A DNA stretch of 64,000 nt from Penicillus capitatus (lineage: Eukaryota > Plantae > Chlorophyta): contig OZ287708.1 of assembly GCA_965649825.1 (NCBI GenBank), forward strand, positions 453,411 through 517,410, written 5' to 3'. The notes below the pieces were generated by a model that made no database searches, was not told where the DNA came from, and saw only the letters and a list, made by a program, of their open reading frames with translations. The stretch's first letter is position 1, and every line of letters begins with the position of its first letter. Shown piece by piece: positions 37,559 to 47,788 of this stretch. The position numbers were made by a program, and so were the translations under genes.

Positions 37559-38554
37559 TCACGGATTCGCCGCTGGGCGATCTGACGTCTCGCTTCGAGG
37601 TTCGCGTCGGACATCTGTCGATGATGCATCCTGTCCGCTTGGTGCGATCTCTTTAGGGTCTTCCCTTTCCCGATTCCATTCCGCGATTTTGCTGCGACGT
37701 TCGCGGCTGTTCTCTCTAGAGACAGAAGGTCGTCGATGACGGCGTATCGAAATGCCGAAGGCGGATGACCTCGGTCGGCGTCGATCTCGCGATCGCGAGC
37801 GTCTTCTTCCGCGAGATCGACTGCGGCTTTTGCTGCGGCTCCTTGAACGTTCACGTCTGCGACGTCGCGGTGAGGAACGGCGACGGTATCTGCCAAAGAG
37901 GCGCTTGCGAAGATCTCGACTGATATTCTTCAAGTGCATGAAGTTGCAATATCCTCCACGAGAGCATGTATTCTCTTCAAACTGACGACACGTTGCTTCT
38001 CTGAAATCCGTGACGGGAGAGAACTCGGCTAGAATAGGACGACCTGCGTAAAATCGCCCTTGTAATGCCTGCAATGCCTTGGCAGATGCCTCCTCGTCTG
38101 CAAATTTTGCATAGACATTCCCCACCATATGATCCGCTAAATTATCACACACGTTGAGATTCTCAAGCTCCCCATAGTAGGCCAGCTCCTCAAAAACGTC
38201 TTCATAGAAATCCTTCGCACCAAACGGAAGCGCTCCGTCGCGCACATAGGGTCATCAATACCATACTTCAAAGTGTTCCTGCGCAGCTTTGGGATCGACG
38301 GGCTGTGGTAAGCCGTCTGGCCCTGGAGGCGCACTGAGGGCTGGGTTTTGATACATATTCGTCAAGAGAAGTGTTTGACTGACAGTCGGCTTGTTATGGA
38401 GCCGTGAACATCGGTCGCCATGACGACACGCTCTGCAGACGCATCGCATAGAGAGCGTAAACACAGAGAACAAGGCGTACCCGATTTTAAAATAGAACGG
38501 ACAGTTGACGCGGTCCTTCTCCGTTCCAAAAATCGATGCCAAGTGTTCCGCCAT
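37559..38554 (-). CDS. U2AF1: U2AF small subunit (U2AF35): CCCH-UHM-CCCH plus RS domain, 2 introns
   Basis: [37 protein letters not shown]...[27 protein letters not shown] followed by RS dipeptide repeats. Confidence 0.96.
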
Positions 38555-38598
38555 TGCAACAAATGAACGTACCAACACTGGAGGGTCCCATCATTGGT

Positions 38599-39339
38599 AT
38601 GGAACGACAGACTTTGAAGTCACCTTCGCGTTCCAAACGACCCATTGCTCCAAAGCCACGAGAAAACAGTCTGTCCGCAACATCGGACCCTTCAGCTCAT
38701 ACCAATCCTTCCCTTGACTCGCCCGTGCCTTCCATTTCAGGTCAGACAGTGCCGAGGGAAAGTGTTAGGCGGCGACGTCTGGTGCTGTGCAGGGCAGTCT
38801 TACCCTTCCGAGAACAACAACCCTGTCAACTGGGGTTCTGCGACGTCGAACCTCGAAAACGCAAAACGGGCATTGGGACAGCTAGAGGCGTTGGTGGATG
38901 ATGCTGTCTTCCTCGATGACGATACGTTTAATGGAATGAAAACACTCTCGTACTACAACCAAAAAGTACAGGTCTGTCAACAACACATCATTGTGGGAAG
39001 GAGATGTCGTTGAGAGAACGGTGCTTCTGTCTGACAGGGCAGTCAAAGGCGCATTCGCCAGCTGAGTGAACAGCTGTTGGCAGCACAGGCACAGTTGGCC
39101 AAGAAAGACGAACAGATCAAAGAGGAGCGCGAACTGCGTAAACGTGTTGAGAAGAAAGTGGACGAGCTCAATTCTCAACTCGAAAGCAACGCAGGTGAGA
39201 TCTTCCGTCTTTGCGTAACGATCGATGAGAGAGCACCGCAGTGGTGTTCGAAATGCACTTGGCAGAATTGCTACAGAGGAATGAAGAAATCGAGAGACTG
39301 AAAGCAGTCATCGAAGGTCTAAGCTCTGCACGGAGTTAG
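38599..39339 (+). CDS. Coiled-coil protein of unknown function, 3 introns
   Basis: Spliced MERQTLKSP...G-QSYPSENN...LEALVDDAVFLDDD...-GSQRRIRQLSEQLL...-VVFEMHLAELLQRNEEIERLKAVIEGLSSARS*. Confidence 0.7.
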
Positions 39340-39398
39340 TGCGCGACGGTTGAGGAACATCTGTCGGAGACGGGAATGTCGTCATCTAATGCCGTGCT

Positions 39399-42200
39399 TC
39401 AGCTCTCTCCGGTCGTCGTTCTGTAAGTGCTGTCGTTGTTCTGCTGTGCATGCTTGTCCTGGCGAATGGCCATTTGACTTTCTGACGCTGCGTTGGGATA
39501 AAGCGGCAATTTCATTGGACAACCCAACACTCGAGTCCACTCTCCATCGGACGACCAAACTGTGATCTTTAAATCCGCCGTTGCGACGAGGAGATGATCA
39601 TCGTCATCATCACGATGATGCATCCACGAGATACAGGAGACGGAACATGGACTTGCTTGCCATCCCTTCCGCAAGGCGATGTGCCATCGATTGGCTGAGG
39701 CCTCGATTTCGAGCAGCTGTTGAAAAATGAGATAACCGTTAAGTACAGGAGATGGATGACGTACTTCGACGCGTCCTGCATCTGATCCTACGGCGATGGT
39801 CGGATGATGGCGGTGAACGGCCATCGCTGTCGGCATGAAGGAGAATCGGTGTTCGCAGAGAACGGTGCCTTCTAAGACGTGCCACAGGTACAGAGTACCG
39901 TCTTCGTTTAGCGTCACCAGTAAGAACCTCCACCTGTACATCCCCCTTAGCAACGAAGTCTCTTTCCGTACGTTCGCGGTCCACGTTTCAGACAGGAAGC
40001 CCATACGGATGATGCCGAACCCTGCAGACGACGACAGTTTTCTCTTGATCGTCCAGCTTTGCGTATTCCACACCAGAACGACGCCATCGACGTCGCCCGA
40101 GGCTACGAATGCTGCATCCGCTGCTTTTGCCAAGACCGTGACGTCTGCTCGGTGTCCGGAACGCATCGCCACGACGTCGATCGATTTGCGCTGCGCATCG
40201 TCTTCAAAGAGACTCAATTGTTTGTCCCACCCCGCCGTCACGAATCGCACCCGACCCTGGGTCTGAACGCAGATAACATCACAGATCTCCTGACGACTTC
40301 GTGTGACAAAGCGCTTCAAACAGGAGCCATCAGAGCAATTCCACATCTGCAGAGCACAGATCGATGAGATGGTGAAGGCGAAACAGATGATGATCGACAT
40401 AGCAGATGCCGTCGTCTGTTGTCGTAAGCAATCGACGGGCATGTATGTCCAGTGTCATTGCCGTCAGTATTTTGTCACCGTGCAATCGACCAAAGCGAGT
40501 CCGGAGCTTTCCAGAATCGATGTACCAGACACAGAGATTGCCACAGTCATCTGCGCTGACGATTTCGTCGAAGGTGGCGTTGTAGAGAACGTCGACGATG
40601 ACGCCTTCGTGCGAAGCATCGGCAAAGCGTTCTTTCGTCTCGATCTTCCATCTCTTGATCGTCTTGTGTCCGCAGACAAGACATTGCAGCTCTTCATCAA
40701 AGAGCATGGCACTCAATGTGTCGTCCGGGTGATAACGCTCCCCATCGAACAGTGTTTGTAGACATCCATGATTTCGTATGTCCCACACCTAGACGGAAAT
40801 CGAAAACGGCGGTTGGCGGCGCAGGGCGACATACTTTGATGCATTTATCGGCGCTGAGAGAAATCAACTGATTTCCTCGATCGTGAACGGCGACGGAAAC
40901 GATGGGAGCGGCATGACCGATGAGAGAGGCGAGCGGTTTCAATGAGAAAGGATTCCACAGAATGATGACGCGATCTTGTCCGCCGCTGCAAATGAATTTA
41001 TAGAAGGAGCTCCAGCCGCATGCATTGACGCCGCGTGTATGACCCAACAAGCGTCTCTCCGGAAACCTGGCGATATGGATCGCACGGATCGATACAGTCG
41101 GCGATAGAGAAACCTGTTCTCCACGTCCAAAATCGAGAGAGATGCATCGGCCGATGTCGAAACGATGCTGTTCAGCTCCTCGATATATCGCACCGATGTC
41201 ACGATATCTCGATGCAGTTTCCGTCTCCAACAGAGCTTATGATCGAAACGATCGGCATCTTTTCGATCGTTTACGACGCATCTCACTTCATGGATGGCAA
41301 TCTACGTCATCTGTCGATCGTCATCGCGAAAAAAGAGGCAAATCGGTGGACATGTCCTGAGATGTCGCCGTGGGCAACAAGATCCGTATCGCGTCGTTTT
41401 GGCGATTTCCAGGACGCGAGGCAGAGGGCAGTATCGTCGAGATCTTGAACAGATCCTGCGCGTACGAAATTTGAGCAATCGTAGATCTGCAAACAGCGGC
41501 GGAAGTCGGCTATCGCGAGTTTCTTTGTCGCTGGAAGGAAGATGGCGCTCGTTATCCAGTAGTTTCCCACGCGCAGCGTTCTCACGTGTTCGAGATCCTA
41601 TACCAAATTCAGCGTGCGATACTCGATATTCCAGGCAGACGCTTACGATGGCAGACCATACGATCAAACTACCATCTCGACTCGTCGTCACATAAAAGTT
41701 CCCCGCCTCTGCCGCTATCTTGCATAGCGACGTGATGAGCGATCGATGCATCTAAGAAAACGAACGGCTCTCCGGATGCCACGAGAGTTTGTGGTTCGTG
41801 ACTAATTTCTCAGGAACAGTTGTTGCAAAGGCCATAGTGGAGAAGACAGGACCCGAAGATACATCTTCCTTTGCGTTCTCATTCTTTTTCCGCAGAAGCA
41901 TGTAACCGACAAACTCGCTCCAATCGATCACACCATCGGCATTGACATCGACACGCATGAAGAGTTTTTGAAGTGCCCGTTCGTCTGCGCCGTCTTCGGT
42001 GGTGAGCACCCCTACGCGACTCGATGATGGCCCTCGATCTGCCGGCCTCTCTCGAAAAGCACACCGAGAAAGGCGTCAACGAACTCTTGCATGTCGAGAG
42101 AAGCGTTGCCGTCGACATCGGCCGCAGCAAAGATCCTCTGCATGTCGGTCAAGACCTCGGCATTGATGTTCTCTTCCAAAACGATGCGTCGAGAGCGCAT
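39399..42200 (-). CDS. EF-hand + WD40 repeat protein (WDR49/WDR64/EFCAB8-like)
   Basis: Two EF-hands (DVDGNASLDMQEF, DVNADGVIDWSEF) followed by many WD repeats (GHTRGV...SGGQDRVIILWNP, GHAAPI...SADKCIKVWD, GHRADV). Confidence 0.85.
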
Positions 42201-42365
42201 CGTCGATGTCGGCGACAAAGTCTTCCGACGTTGGGAACTCAGTTTCTTCAGCCGAGCATTCTTTGTCTCTATGTGCCGACACTAATCGCCGCGACATCGA
42301 CGGCGTATACCGATCGTACTTTCCGAATGCATGGCGTCGATCTGCCGATTTCTGTCATCATCATC

Positions 42366-42755
42366 ATGTCGCAGTTCAACGAGAACGTCGCCGCTCTGCG
42401 CGTGTCTGTGCTCAAAGCTAAGACCGACCTCGATTCCATCGCTCGTCGTCTGGAGGAGGAATTTGCATCGCCCTCATCGCCGGGTGCTCCACTCCACCGT
42501 CTGCTCAAGAGTGTCACACGTCTCGAAGCCGATATCTCCGTTTTCGAAGCGGACTACAATAGCGTCCAAGCGGCGAAGCGTGAACTTCTGGAGTGCTCTA
42601 AGATCCTCGTGCAAAACTGGAAATCGGTTCAGAGCCTCCGCCGCCAAAGTGGTCTCCCCGACGAAGACAGTCGTCTCATCAGCGATTTGGAAGAGACTGT
42701 CCATACCGTGCGCCACGAAATCGATCCTCAACGGCGATCAACAGCGAAGCCTTGA
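42366..42755 (+). CDS. SKA2: SKA2/FAM33A-like kinetochore subunit, intronless
   Basis: TDLDSIARRLEEEF...PLHRLLKSVTRLEAD...SVQAAKRELL...LVQNW parallels plant FAM33A (DLNVVHSRLDKEF...PMKLIQRIKKLQED...LSAKQDLI...LVGN). Confidence 0.65.
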   Translation: MSQFNENVAALRVSVLKAKTDLDSIARRLEEEFASPSSPGAPLHRLLKSVTRLEADISVFEADYNSVQAAKRELLECSKILVQNWKSVQSLRRQSGLPDEDSRLISDLEETVHTVRHEIDPQRRSTAKP

Positions 42756-42982
42756 TCGTCCCTGCATCGTATGTATATTACAACATGCACCTTCGTTTAG
42801 AGATGTGCTTCAGATAGTTCACACCCGGACCCAATCAGACAAAGAGCAAACCGATTGTTGATTGTAATATTAATAATCGAATAGCAGAATGTCTGAGACC
42901 GAACGTCTGCGGCCCAGCACACATCCAGTACGTCACAAAATTACAAAGTAAAAGAAGAGCGTTTTCAGTGGCAAAGAGGAGT

Positions 42983-43819
42983 TTATGCAGCCAAACCTTT
43001 GGATCGAAACCATTTCTCCATCTGGAAAGTCGTATCGAGTATTGGCCGGACATCATTGAACTGCGAGAGAAATTCGAGGAGTGGCAGGATCACTGTCGTC
43101 AAATCACGATCCTGTGCACATCCTCGAAATGGCTTGCATCGAATACCGTTCTTCGGTTGGAGTAGAAAGGACCTGGCCCTGTTGTCGACGATCACGGTGC
43201 GACGCAAGTCACATCGCAGCTTCGTCAGATCTTTGACATGGCGACAGGCGTCTGTACGAACAGTTGATTCCCGAAACAGACGGCGCGAAAAGACGCGATG
43301 TGATGGATCCAGCCAGTCCAGCAACGGATTTCCGTAGGATCCCACAGCAGCAGAGAACAGCACGACCTCCGAGAATGCTGTCAGTTTATTGAGGAAATCC
43401 AGCAGACCCGGTCGTAGAAACACGATCAGACGTTCCAGACGGCCTCTTCCTATATCACACGTCATGGCAAAGTTACGCAGATGACCCGACGAAGCGCATT
43501 TCTGTAAAGTGAGCGGCAGCTTGTGTTGAGGACAGGAGAGGACGAGTGTTTCGTCAAGGTCCAGAACAACTGTCAGACGAATGGGAGAACTTCGCACTGG
43601 CCTCCATATTGGAAGGGGCTCCATATGGGGTCGAGGATGAATGATCGGTTCCGATGTGTGACGCGTGATGTACTGCGTCAGTAGAATGAGGAACGATGTC
43701 AGTCCACGACATACCATACGCGCCAGTTCCCACACATAGTAAACCGCGCTCAATAGTTGCGGGCCTCCCAGCGACAACATAGTGGGCTTCGTTACCACGG
43801 GCGTCCTGCCGAAACTCAT
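42983..43819 (-). CDS. FCP1/SCP-type (NIF) HAD phosphatase, intronless
   Basis: VVLDLDETLV (DxDxT), VFLRPGLLDFL, VVLFSAA, HVKDL, TVIVDN, QPKNGI. Confidence 0.9.
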   Translation of the reverse strand: MSFGRTPVVTKPTMLSLGGPQLLSAVYYVWELARMVCRGLTSFLILLTQYITRHTSEPIIHPRPHMEPLPIWRPVRSSPIRLTVVLDLDETLVLSCPQHKLPLTLQKCASSGHLRNFAMTCDIGRGRLERLIVFLRPGLLDFLNKLTAFSEVVLFSAAVGSYGNPLLDWLDPSHRVFSRRLFRESTVRTDACRHVKDLTKLRCDLRRTVIVDNRARSFLLQPKNGIRCKPFRGCAQDRDLTTVILPLLEFLSQFNDVRPILDTTFQMEKWFRSKGLAA

Positions 43820-44011
43820 GACCTAGAAAAGCGCTCTCGGCGAACAGAGTGGTGCGTTGGAGAGTAAGGAAGAACGTTTTGCCGCTCGTTAACTGGACGA
43901 ACGCGCGCAGAACGTGCGAACAAAATTCGATTCCTGGGTAAATGCGCGGATAATATTCGCATGGAGATGCTTTTTAAAGCCATCAAAAACCACGTCGACA
44001 TTAGATGGATC

Positions 44012-45363
44012 CTAATCATCCTTCGATTTGGTATCGACCCGCCCGAGGTTATCCTTTGACTTGACGGAGAGGACCTTGCGTCTCTGAGCAAACATGTAAA
44101 GATAGAGTCGCGGAAAGACTACAGCACAAACAAACAACATCATTAAGGGCATGGATGCATTGGTGGTACATGGAAGATAGAGAAGAGAATAGATGGTGAC
44201 ATAGATGTCATAATGAAAAGCAAAATTGAGCGCATTGGGCATAGAGATGCTCCAGATATGCATGTCAGAGAGAGCAGGAAGGGCGAGGTACACAAGAGCG
44301 AGTTCGCTGGTCATGCCGATGGGATACAGGGGTATGAACATGGTGTAACGCGCCCATTTCAAAAAAGGCATCTCCACCCCAATCTCCTAACACAGCAAGA
44401 ATCGTTGTGTCTATCTCTCGAGACTTACATGGAAGATAGCAGAAAGTCGTCAAGATGCAGAGGTAATGATAGCTGAAGGCAAAATTGAGGGCATTCGGCA
44501 TAGCGAGACTCCAGAGATGAGATGTCTTGATGTATGGCATAGCCAAGTACACAATCGAGATCTCGCTACTCACACCCAAAGGATACAGCACAACGAATGC
44601 TGTATATCGAAGCCATTTCGAAAGAAAGCTATCTATCTGTAGTTCCTGCCAGAGAGACAGACCAGATACCCACAGCTCTCGATCGTCAAGGATCGAGGGG
44701 ATACACGACATACCTTCAGTGCATAGAAGCTGTATCGAATGATTTCGGCCAGACTCCAGGCCACCATCAAGCTCGTCAGATCCAATTGCACATTCCAGGA
44801 ACCCATTCTGAGGAACAGTGCAGTGTGGTTGGCGGATCTATGAAGATGTGTGGTACTTGGCCAAGACGACGGATTGTTTGGTTGTGATGAACTGAACGGG
44901 ATTGATGATACCCCAAACGATCCATACCCGCGAAAAGACCTGCATTGCTGTGGGAAATGGAAGGGTTTCAATTCTGTCGAATGGGATGTGTGGCACGGAC
45001 TCGTGACGATGACAGGCGAACGCACCAACTTCAGTGCACAGTGCAAGATTTCGAGCAAAGCCGCCGTTTGGAAGATCTTCAACGGGATTTCCACTTTCTG
45101 AACGTCACATCAATATTAGTGTGCGTTTCTGAAAAGAGTGACAGGGCAACTTTCCATAGATCTTCAACAGAGCCGCCAGCAGAGATGTTGAGGGCTGTTA
45201 GATACAAGCAGTAAGACCTATGGAGCCAAGAGTAAAGAGAAGCTCGTGCGACAACGAGTAGCACCATCCAGCGAAGAGCACGCTGTTATAGAAGAGCAGA
45301 TAGATGTTGGCCTACAGATTGCCCTGCGTTATGGAGGCGACGCAGTGCGAGGCGACGAACCAT
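44012..45363 (-). CDS. PAS2: Very-long-chain 3-hydroxyacyl-CoA dehydratase (PAS2/PHS1/HACD). The first coding exon is the ATG alone; contains a duplicated internal exon pair
   Basis: ATG|49-nt intron|ANIYLLFYN; FQTAALLEILH, QVFSRVWIVWG, VAWSLAEIIRYSFY, RYT...LYPxG..SE, MFAQRRKVL; C-terminal KSKDD (KxKxx ER motif). Confidence 0.93.
44170..44386 (-). other. PAS2 mutually exclusive exon B (217 nt, phase 0 to phase 1)
   Basis: gtgttag|GAG ATT...CTT CCA T|gtacca, encoding EIGVEMPFLKWARYTMFIPLYPIGMTSE...SLLYLP. Confidence 0.85.
44429..44645 (-). other. PAS2 mutually exclusive exon A (217 nt, phase 0 to phase 1)
   Basis: ctggcag|GAA CTA...CTT CCA T|gtaagt, encoding ELQIDSFLSKWLRYTAFVVLYPLGVSSE...TFCYLP. 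Confidence 0.85.
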
Positions 45364-45691
45364 GATGTCGACAAAGAGTGTGGCAAACAAACGGATCTAT
45401 ACATTATTCAAATCCGACGTTCCTAATGGGACATCTCATCGATCGTCCATCTCAAATGCGCACAAAATGACAAACTCTCTCAGGAGTGTCGCACGTGCTA
45501 TACCACATGGCAAGATGGATCGAGAGTCGATCTGGATACAGTGTATGCGATCGGATTTGTTTCAACGAAGTACGCGTGTTTCCATTTGTACCATCGTAAA
45601 GGGATCGTTCGTTGCGCAACGGACCTGAGATTGCACGACGTCCGTTTTCGCTCGATTAAGAATCGATCGTGGCTGATGATGACGATGATGT

Positions 45692-47679
45692 CTACGATGA
45701 TTCGACTTTCGTCTCGATCGCCTTTTCGCTCGAAGCATCGTCACTCAAGTACCCGGCTTTCTCGAGGACCTGTCGACGGTTTGACACACCATGTCGACAC
45801 AATGAGTGAGAAATCGGCGCCTTACTGTGAGAGATTCATCGATACGTTGAAATACGAGAGACTTGTTTTTGAGCATCTTTTCCACTTCGTCTCTTCCGAG
45901 ATCCAACAGCATTCCCGTTATTTTTTGCGCCAGTGCTTGGTTCGGTTGATTCTGATAGACCATTGCATACAAGGCGTAGCCCATGTCGAGAAGGGCCGGA
46001 TCGCTCTGAAAATCGATCGGCCGCTTCGTGCTCCACTTCTTCGATGACCCTCGTCGCATCTAAATCGCCAAAGACGCGTTCGATGAACCGTCGCCCGATC
46101 GTCTACGTGTTTTCGTGCAATGGTATTTGCTGGCATCATCGTCGGCGGCACCATGACGGGCAGAGGAAACGGCATCGACGCGAATGGCGCGATCGTCTGC
46201 GTGTATTCTGCGGTGGTCCCTACGGCCGAGAGCATCGAAGGTGTTGGCAATGTTGGCGGCGGGTAGAAGAATGGCTGCGGTGGATACGATAGAGGCAGGC
46301 CATTGCGTAATCTCCTCAGCAATCTTCTCCTCTCTTCAAAGCTCTGTGCGATGTTCACATAGAGACGCTGTTTGCCAATAACGTAGCCATTCATCGTTTC
46401 CAACGCGACCGTTGCTTCTTTGATCGTCGAAAAGCAAACGAATCCAAATCCGCGTGGACGATCGTTGGAGTACATCACCTGTCACATCACAATCGAGCAC
46501 GTTCGATCAGCCGAATGTGCGCTTGTCTACTTTGGCCGAAGTAATGGTGCCGAATTTTGAAAAGAGACGGATCAGATCTTCGTCTCGCGTTTCCAGTGGA
46601 AAATTCTTGATGTACAGGTTGCGTCCTTTGTTTTCGCGCTCTCTCGCTTTTTTGTTTTCGCGATACCTGTTGTGATGTGACATCTGCAAGGACGCTTCGC
46701 CACATCAGACAGGCACCTCTGCTCCAGCAATCGGCGTCTCTCCATCTTTGTCTGGGCGCGTTGTACATAGAGCTTCACGCCATCGATCTCTTTCTCGTGC
46801 ATTTCTTGTGTGGCCTCTTTGGCACTAGCCGGTTTCTCATAGTTTACAAATCCAAACCCCTTGGCCTTGCCATTCACCTAGATCTCTTTCTTGACGTATG
46901 ATTGCGGCGAGGTTGACGCACCATGGGGAGATAGACACTGGTGATGGCGCCATATGGTTTGAACAGTGTCGTCAACTGCTCTTCGTTTTGTACGCTGTGT
47001 GGCAGTTGTTTGACGAAAACGTTCGTGTACTGAGCACTCTGTCTCTCGTGACGCGGTTTGAATTTTTCCACGTTGATGGTGCGTTGCTTCAGCATCATCT
47101 TGTTTGCTTTCTTTATGGCTTCTTCGGCTGAAGCGCTGTGCAAGAACTGCACGTAGCCGTATCCCAGCGAAACGCCGTCGGCCGTTCTTGATACTTTGGC
47201 GCTTAGCACAGGACCAAAAATATCGAACGTATCGTGCAGCGTCTGAGAATCGATTTCTGGATCCAGACCTTTCACGAAAATGTTGCCCTCGCAGCGGCGA
47301 CGGCGCAGATGCTCCCGATCGGCAACCATCACCGAAATCTGCTGTCCATACAGATCTGTATAATTCAGTCTCTTAATCGCTTCGCTTACTGAACATACAT
47401 ACAGACGGAGATACGTCACCGTCAACAGTTCGAGCCGTCGCTCTACCTGGAAACTCTCCGCCATCGAAGGCAAAATTCACATAGCCATATCCTTTAGGTT
47501 CCTTTGTGGCCGGATCTGAGACGACGCGGACACTGTGGACTGGATGAATCTGCAGAAGACATCGAAGAGGTGATGATCATACGAGGCAGAACCTGAGAAA
47601 AGAGAAGAAAGAGATCGTTTTCGCTGACAGATGGATGCAGATGACCGACAAAACACGTGCCAACGAATTTTTGCTCCAT
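45692..47679 (-). CDS. PABP: Divergent polyadenylate-binding protein (4 RRM + MLLE/PABC), about 7 introns
   Basis: RRM1 CFVGHLHP/KGYGYVNF, RRM2 GNIFVKGLD/LGYGYVQF, RRM3 NVFVKQL/KGFGFVNY, RRM4 NLYIKNF/RGFGFVCF; MLLE-like LAQKITGMLLDL. Confidence 0.85.
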
Positions 47680-47788
47680 CAGAGGCGACCGAGACGTCGC
47701 TGTTGCGCGGACTGTCAACGCCAAACAGTCGTTGATGGATGGACATGATGCCTTTAATAAGAAACATCTGCGCCGTTGTGCCGTCGAA

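Noticed and set aside
37750-37900. CGA/CGT/TCG-rich repetitive stretch
   Set aside because: Explained by the RS domain of U2AF35.
44012-44714. PAS2 duplicated segment read as a second gene or one longer protein
   Set aside because: Exon B has no start or upstream exons of its own, exon A has no terminal exon, and joining A+B creates an immediate TGA.
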